Below are positions 58,504 to 64,000 of a stretch of 64,000 nt of DNA, in pieces. The notes below the pieces were generated by a model. That model made no database searches. It had not been told where the DNA came from and worked only from the letters and a program-made list of their open reading frames with translations. Source of the stretch: Schizochytrium sp. TIO01 (taxonomy: Eukaryota; Protista; Bigyra: Labyrinthulomycetes); assembly GCA_004764695.1 (NCBI GenBank), contig SMSO01000004.1:1302001-1366000 (forward strand), written 5' to 3'. Position 1 is the first letter of the stretch. The number at the start of each line of letters is the position of its first letter. The position numbers were made by a program, and so were the translations under genes.

Positions 58504-59504
58504 AATTAATATTGAGGCTCGAGTAAATTTGCTATGGTAAAACACAAAATTAAGTAATCACAACAAAAAACAAAGCAACTTAGTTCGCTTGGCTGGATTC
58601 GGTATTGGCTGACTTGGACGTGGTTTTTCTCTTCTTATATCTGGCTGCAGGAGGGAGACCGTATCTCAGATAGCAAAACCTAGAGCATGTATTGTTGAAT
58701 CGCCTGCAAGTTGTGTTTCCCTCTAGTATATGGAGTGAGGTCCACGTCCACGAAAGTTTATGAAGCCTCCTCGAACCCAGACTCAAAAAGTAAGCGAGAC
58801 GACGCTGGTAGGAGCTGTTCAAGCACCTAGATTAAACGCATGTCCGTACCGTCCGCAACCAGAAGGAGACTTTGCTTTCCCAGTCGAGCCCTTTCCTTTA
58901 AAATAGATATACGAACAATAGCATAATGGTTCCCGACTAATATCAACTTAGAACATCCCATTACATAAAAAAAGAACTTTCAAACTGTAAGCAGCTAGCT
59001 AATATGACAACAAGCCGAATGTAGAACCGTTACAGTAGTATCGTATATCAACTTTTGTTATCGTACATTTCTAATTTCGTGCACGATACTATTTCAACGG
59101 ATATACATATAGGTGTTTTAGCTTTTGGCTTTTTGTAATTTTTTACCTTTTTTTTTTACAGCCTTCTTTTCTACTATGTAAGAGTATAAGGTAAGGCGAG
59201 CGAGAACTTACAATGTTAGGAACTCAAGGTCAACGATCTTCATTCACTTGTTCTAATTTCTTGCCTAATTTGACTTTACGGAAAAGAGGAAAACTTCTTT
59301 GTCGGATACAAGAAAGACATCTTTTGGCGAAGACTCTCAACTAAACGCGACGCCTTCACCGTGACAAGCAAAGCGCTGCTTAGTATTCCATACAGAGCGC
59401 CATTCATCGCGATTGTTGACATTTTATTATACTCATTGATAGGTTGAGCGTCGCACCCGTTTGTGCGAGGTTATCCTGGTGTTACAGATTTCCAGAGTTC
59501 ATCC

Positions 59505-61295
59505 ATGCCTCACGTATTGCAGGACGTGGTTGTGCTGCTGCCCTCATCTTCCGAAGGAGATGATGCAAGACAAGAGATTCCGGATGGATTCGAGGTAGTA
59601 CAGCCACCCACTGCTCAACTTCCAGGCCTTGCTGTCAAAACCCAGGAGCCAGATTCTGATGAAAATTTCTCGGCAATTGTAGAGTTTGCAATCGCGTTCG
59701 GCGTTGATGACATAGCACCTGGCTTTCGCGTGGCAGGTCCTAGTTTACAAAATTTTGTGCTCGCGCAGGCTAGCGAGGACGAGGAGTCAAAACACGAGGA
59801 TGATCTTCTCCTTTGTATTCGAGGAAGCAATGACCCGCTAGAGTTAAGCAAAAGATCAGTCACTTCGGTGCAGTTTATCTCGGAGTCAGCGAAAGATGGA
59901 TTTGAGGTTCTTTCTGTAGCCTCCAATTTATTTTCTTTAGCTTTTCGCACAGTTGCATCCCCACCTCTTCCCTCTAATTCCTCGGAAGAAGCCGAATGTC
60001 AAGAAAGCAATGGACAAGACGACAATGAAGAGGAAAAAGAATCCCAAGACCCGGAAGGCAATGATAATGATGAAAATAAAGATTTACAAGATCAAACTGA
60101 GAAAGCCAATAATGCTAATAATGAGCAGAAAATCACCGATGTAGATGAGGACGTAGATGAAGAGGAGGAATGGCATACGAATGCAGAGGCAACAAAATTT
60201 GAGCACGCAGACGAAGACGATTCAGAAATGCTCGATGGCGAATTGGGAGAATGTATTTTACCAAGTGCAGAGAGCAAATCAAATGAACTTGAGGAAGCTG
60301 AGCGACGTGCGCAAGCAGCACGTATCTCAGAGCTAATCGAAAAGGCTAAAGCAGAAAGAGAAGCTCTGACACAAACAAATGGTTTGCTACAACGTGACCT
60401 CGCGGCTCTCATTCAGACCAAGCAGACATTACATAAAGGCGACGGCCTATCTGATGTACAGAGCCCGCACATGCCATCGACTTCAGACCTTCAAACTGAA
60501 AGTTTTGATCCCGAAATGGATCATAAGTACAAGAACGCACTTTCAGCATACCGCGACGCAAGTGATACGCTGCGTCGGACTCAAGAATCTTATGACACGG
60601 TTGCCATGCAGCTACAGTCCAAACTTGACATTAAGGAAAAACGTTGTGATGAAATCCAAACTTCATTTGCTCACTTTAAGAGAGAAATTGCAAAGCAAGC
60701 TGAAAATTCAAGATCTGGCAAACCTATTCCTGTGCATATTATTGACCAGTTTGAGAGTGCAGAGTCATCAAAATCCTCCGAGTTGGAGAAGATCCGTTTA
60801 CGAAACCTTCATCTTCGCGCAGAGTTGAACAAGCTGGAAAAGGCTTTGCAGAATAAAGAGCGATTAGCAGATGGACTCCACCTGATTGATTTTGAGCAGC
60901 TGAAAATTGAAAATCAGGCACTTAGCGAAAAAATTGAAGAGCGAAATGAAGATCTCGCCAAGCTTAACAAGAAAACTACCACCACAGTTCAGGTGCTGAC
61001 TCACTTGAAAGAAAAACTTGTTTATGTGCAAGCAGAAGCCGTTCAGCTTGGGGATGAGCTTAAGGTCCTTGATAAAGAGCTCCAATCAAGTCGCGATCAA
61101 CTGAACCAAAGTAAACGCCAGCGTGATCATCTCCGCTCTTTGAATAGCAAGAAAAGAGAAGGTCAAGGTTTCTTCAAATCAACGCTTCTGGTCGAGGACT
61201 ACAAAAAACGAACACACGAAATCAAAGCTCTGCAAAGATCAATTCAGGATTTACAGCAAAAGCATGCTAATTTAACAGCAGCAAGACATGAATAA
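59505..61295 (+). CDS. CCDC96: CCDC96/CFAP184 (DUF4201) ciliary coiled-coil protein with an N-terminal MABP-like region
   Basis: FKREIAKQAENSRSGKPIP, LADGLHLIDFEQLKIENQALSEKIEERNEDL.KL.KKTTTTVQVLTHLKEKL; ATG at 59505. Confidence 0.88.
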   Translation: MPHVLQDVVVLLPSSSEGDDARQEIPDGFEVVQPPTAQLPGLAVKTQEPDSDENFSAIVEFAIAFGVDDIAPGFRVAGPSLQNFVLAQASEDEESKHEDDLLLCIRGSNDPLELSKRSVTSVQFISESAKDGFEVLSVASNLFSLAFRTVASPPLPSNSSEEAECQESNGQDDNEEEKESQDPEGNDNDENKDLQDQTEKANNANNEQKITDVDEDVDEEEEWHTNAEATKFEHADEDDSEMLDGELGECILPSAESKSNELEEAERRAQAARISELIEKAKAEREALTQTNGLLQRDLAALIQTKQTLHKGDGLSDVQSPHMPSTSDLQTESFDPEMDHKYKNALSAYRDASDTLRRTQESYDTVAMQLQSKLDIKEKRCDEIQTSFAHFKREIAKQAENSRSGKPIPVHIIDQFESAESSKSSELEKIRLRNLHLRAELNKLEKALQNKERLADGLHLIDFEQLKIENQALSEKIEERNEDLAKLNKKTTTTVQVLTHLKEKLVYVQAEAVQLGDELKVLDKELQSSRDQLNQSKRQRDHLRSLNSKKREGQGFFKSTLLVEDYKKRTHEIKALQRSIQDLQQKHANLTAARHE

Positions 61296-61327
61296 CGGAG
61301 TTTACATATAGAATAGAACTAGAGGCA

Positions 61328-64000
61328 TCACTGAAGACCAAGGTCCTTTCGGTACTGTTTTGTTTCCTTGAGCGTGAGACCATCCTTCAGCCAAATTCCA
61401 GAGCTTCCACGGGACTTGTAGCGCTTTTTAGAATTGTTAAAGATGGCCTCGAGATCACATACTGGAATCTTGCCAAAGATCAAGTCTGGATCGCGGCGCT
61501 CGTCAAAGTATTGTCTGTGAAGGGCGCGCTGAAGATTTGCCTTCTGAGCCCACTCTGGCACAGGCTTTTTCGACCGCTCTGACTCTGATTCACTAGACTC
61601 GTATTCACTGTCGCTCCGGTCTGTGAGTGCATAATTATTTTCTTCTTTCCATGTATCCATATCTTCTTGTTCAATTTCATCATTAGCAAATTTGGGCTTG
61701 TGACCGTGTTCTGGAGATGAGGATCCAACACGTTTGACCGAAGGAGCTAGCTCTGCAAGCGTAGTAGCTGTTGCTTTGTATGTCTGCGACTTGGATGGCA
61801 ATGGAGGGGGTGGCGGCATTGTACTGCTGCTGCTACTACTACTTGTGACAGCTGTGGTGTCCACCTTATTGCTTTCACCAGCTTTGCTAGGGTAGCTTGA
61901 AGCTGAAGTTCCAGCCCCAGCATAAATACTTGATGAAGAAACGGTGTTGGCATAAGCAGGTTCGGCCTTGTAAGATTTGCTTGTAGGCATTGTACTATCA
62001 GCCTGCGATGAAGAGGATGAAGGCGGAGTTGTGCTAGTTGGCTGTGCCTTTTTGAAGAAACGAAAGGCACTGGATGAACTGGAAGATGCTGCAACCGGGG
62101 TAGTTACATTTGGGGTTGCAGATGCAGATGATGTGCCAATCTGGTTCTGGTTCGAAATCTGACCTGTCTGAGATGAACTCTGAGATAATGAGTGAGATGA
62201 TGTGCTATGCTGTTGCTGCTGCTCCTGTTGCTGTTGAAGTTGCAACTGCTGTTGCTGAAGCTCCTTCTGCTGCAGCTGACGAGCGCGCTCGCGTTTTTCT
62301 TGCATCAAACGGAGCTTCTCCTGGCGCTCTCGCTCCTGGCGCTCCATTTTTTCCTTTGCCATTTGCGCCTTTTTGAGAGCTGGTACCATGCCCTTCACTC
62401 GCATAGTGTTACTCTTTGTGGACATTTTATCGGGCAAAACCTTCTTTAAGAACGAGCTTGGTCCACGCAAAATGTTGCTTGGTGGATTTAGCTTCGGTTG
62501 AGTTTCTTCTGTCTGGTCCTGATCCTGGTCCTCGCCCTCAAACTTAGAAATGAGAGAACTCTTGGAGCTGGCATTTTCAAAGTTACTTACACTCATCATA
62601 TCCTCGCTGTTTTGCTGTTTACCAGCAGTAGCTGCAACTGAAGATTCAGATTTTGTCAACGTTGATGATGCTGCTGTTGAAACCGTGCTAGATGTGGCAG
62701 CATTTTTTCCAGGGCTTTGCTTGCCGATCGAAGTTGCCGAATTAGCCTCTTCACTGCGTGCATGTCTTGAAGATGCTGCAGATGAAGAAGCTACCACCGG
62801 TGCTTGCCCGCTGGTTTCGGGTTTAGGTGCAGCACGAAGACGATCCATCGCACGCTTGCGGGCTAGTTCTCGCATTTGTTCAGCCTCTTGGAGCATCAGC
62901 TCCTGCTGAGTAGAGGGCGCCGTTGATGACATTCGTCGGATGCGGTTCTCCATTTCCTCTCGAAGTTGCTGCTGTTTACGTCCTTCTTCCGAAGCTCCAC
63001 CACCGCTTTCTCCATTCGTGGATGCAACCGAAGACCTTCCGGGTACTGGAGAATTTGTTGTTGCTGCTGTTGAAGATGCATAGCTTGAACGGCTCAATGA
63101 GCGACTCAAAGAACGGGTTGCGCTATCAACAGTGCTCTTTTGGAGGCTTCCTGGGATCTGCTGTTTTGCATTTGAGTGCGGTAAAATATCAGCACTTTCG
63201 CTTTGGCGCAGAGCCTTTCTCGGCAGAGCTGGTGTTAGCGGCTCAAGATCTGCTTCCTCGGGCTCTTCGGATTGTCGTCGCGAGCGGTTGCCGTGGGAGG
63301 AGATTGACTGTGATGCTGGTCGAGCAGATTTCAGCGATCGTGCTGATCCGCTGTGCTTAAGCAGCGAAGGAGGTCTTGGTGGTAACGGGGGCATGTCTTC
63401 ATTATGATCTTGCGCTTGTTCATGTTCGTCAGATATTTTCCGCCGCTTAGCCTCTTCGCCATCGCGACCACTGGGTTCTGAGTTGTGTGAACTGCGGCGC
63501 CTCGAATCTGGTGTCTTGGGATCGTCTTCAAAGTCTCCAGCGTTATACGGTACAGGCGAGGCAACCTTGGCGTTTACAGGGACCAGTGGGGGGCGACCAG
63601 ATTGAGGCGTAGTCATTTTATCTTCAGGGCGATTGAGCTTCTTCTGTGCGCCGAAGGCCACACCAGAAGCCTCTTTTGGCTTGACAGAGGAGTCTTCTTC
63701 GTCTTCGTCTTCTTCTCCTTCGTGGCTATGACGAGCAGAACTAACCGAAGCGCTCCGAGCATTTGAAAAGGTACTTTTGGCGGAACCTTGCTTTGCTGCA
63801 GGAGATGGGTCTGCAGAAGGAGGCGTTGCGGGGGCTGATTCAGGTGTAGATGAAACAACTTGAGCCGCCGAAGATAAAGCCAGTGTGCTCTTTGAAGATG
63901 CAGAAGACGTTTTAGGCATTGCATTTGAGGCGTCGGTATCTGAAGCTTTGACTGCTGCTGCAGCAGCGGCGGCAGCACCTGCAGCTCGAACTGCTTGAGA
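61328..64000 (-). CDS. INCENP: INCENP-like chromosomal passenger protein; 5' end lies beyond the window
   Basis: C-terminal IN-box PVPEWAQ..LQRAL..Q..DPDLIFG..CDLEAIF..KRYKSRGSSGIW..D.LT..E; charged helical/poly-Q region; frame stays open to 64000. Confidence 0.85.
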   Translation of the reverse strand, partial: SQAVRAAGAAAAAAAAVKASDTDASNAMPKTSSASSKSTLALSSAAQVVSSTPESAPATPPSADPSPAAKQGSAKSTFSNARSASVSSARHSHEGEEDEDEEDSSVKPKEASGVAFGAQKKLNRPEDKMTTPQSGRPPLVPVNAKVASPVPYNAGDFEDDPKTPDSRRRSSHNSEPSGRDGEEAKRRKISDEHEQAQDHNEDMPPLPPRPPSLLKHSGSARSLKSARPASQSISSHGNRSRRQSEEPEEADLEPLTPALPRKALRQSESADILPHSNAKQQIPGSLQKSTVDSATRSLSRSLSRSSYASSTAATTNSPVPGRSSVASTNGESGGGASEEGRKQQQLREEMENRIRRMSSTAPSTQQELMLQEAEQMRELARKRAMDRLRAAPKPETSGQAPVVASSSAASSRHARSEEANSATSIGKQSPGKNAATSSTVSTAASSTLTKSESSVAATAGKQQNSEDMMSVSNFENASSKSSLISKFEGEDQDQDQTEETQPKLNPPSNILRGPSSFLKKVLPDKMSTKSNTMRVKGMVPALKKAQMAKEKMERQERERQEKLRLMQEKRERARQLQQKELQQQQLQLQQQQEQQQQHSTSSHSLSQSSSQTGQISNQNQIGTSSASATPNVTTPVAASSSSSSAFRFFKKAQPTSTTPPSSSSSQADSTMPTSKSYKAEPAYANTVSSSSIYAGAGTSASSYPSKAGESNKVDTTAVTSSSSSSSTMPPPPPLPSKSQTYKATATTLAELAPSVKRVGSSSPEHGHKPKFANDEIEQEDMDTWKEENNYALTDRSDSEYESSESESERSKKPVPEWAQKANLQRALHRQYFDERRDPDLIFGKIPVCDLEAIFNNSKKRYKSRGSSGIWLKDGLTLKETKQYRKDLGLQ

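Overview
Gene-dense, intron-poor eukaryotic chromosome segment. The inferred source is a flagellated stramenopile, most plausibly a thraustochytrid (Aurantiochytrium/Schizochytrium-like), based on gene content, near absence of introns and composition; this is not verified. About 17 protein-coding genes are supportable, in order: a GPI/mucin-like surface protein, CNOT10, a DOT1-family methyltransferase, a NUDT19-like Nudix hydrolase, an unknown acidic protein, deoxyhypusine synthase, mitochondrial bL28, BBS4, mitochondrial RRF, a TPR-FH2 formin (one 812-nt intron), a PA-domain 7TM protein, a secreted CBM1 protein, an OGFOD3-like oxygenase, PTRH1, dihydroxyacetone kinase, a PKD2-like channel, CCDC96/CFAP184, plus a 5'-truncated INCENP. 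I found no rRNA, tRNA or CRISPR features. Main observations: (1) three unrelated genes each need the same +1 correction at an in-frame GAA-GG site, most likely a systematic assembly error, but recoding or editing is testable; (2) TpA-rich intergenic islands with a recurrent GTAGGTA(GTAC)/TACCTAC motif; (3) dispersed, decayed copies of unidentified coding elements; (4) several unusual domain architectures (FH1-less TPR formin, PA-7TM, orphan domain plus CBM1, N-terminal EF-hand PKD2, MABP-like CCDC96).
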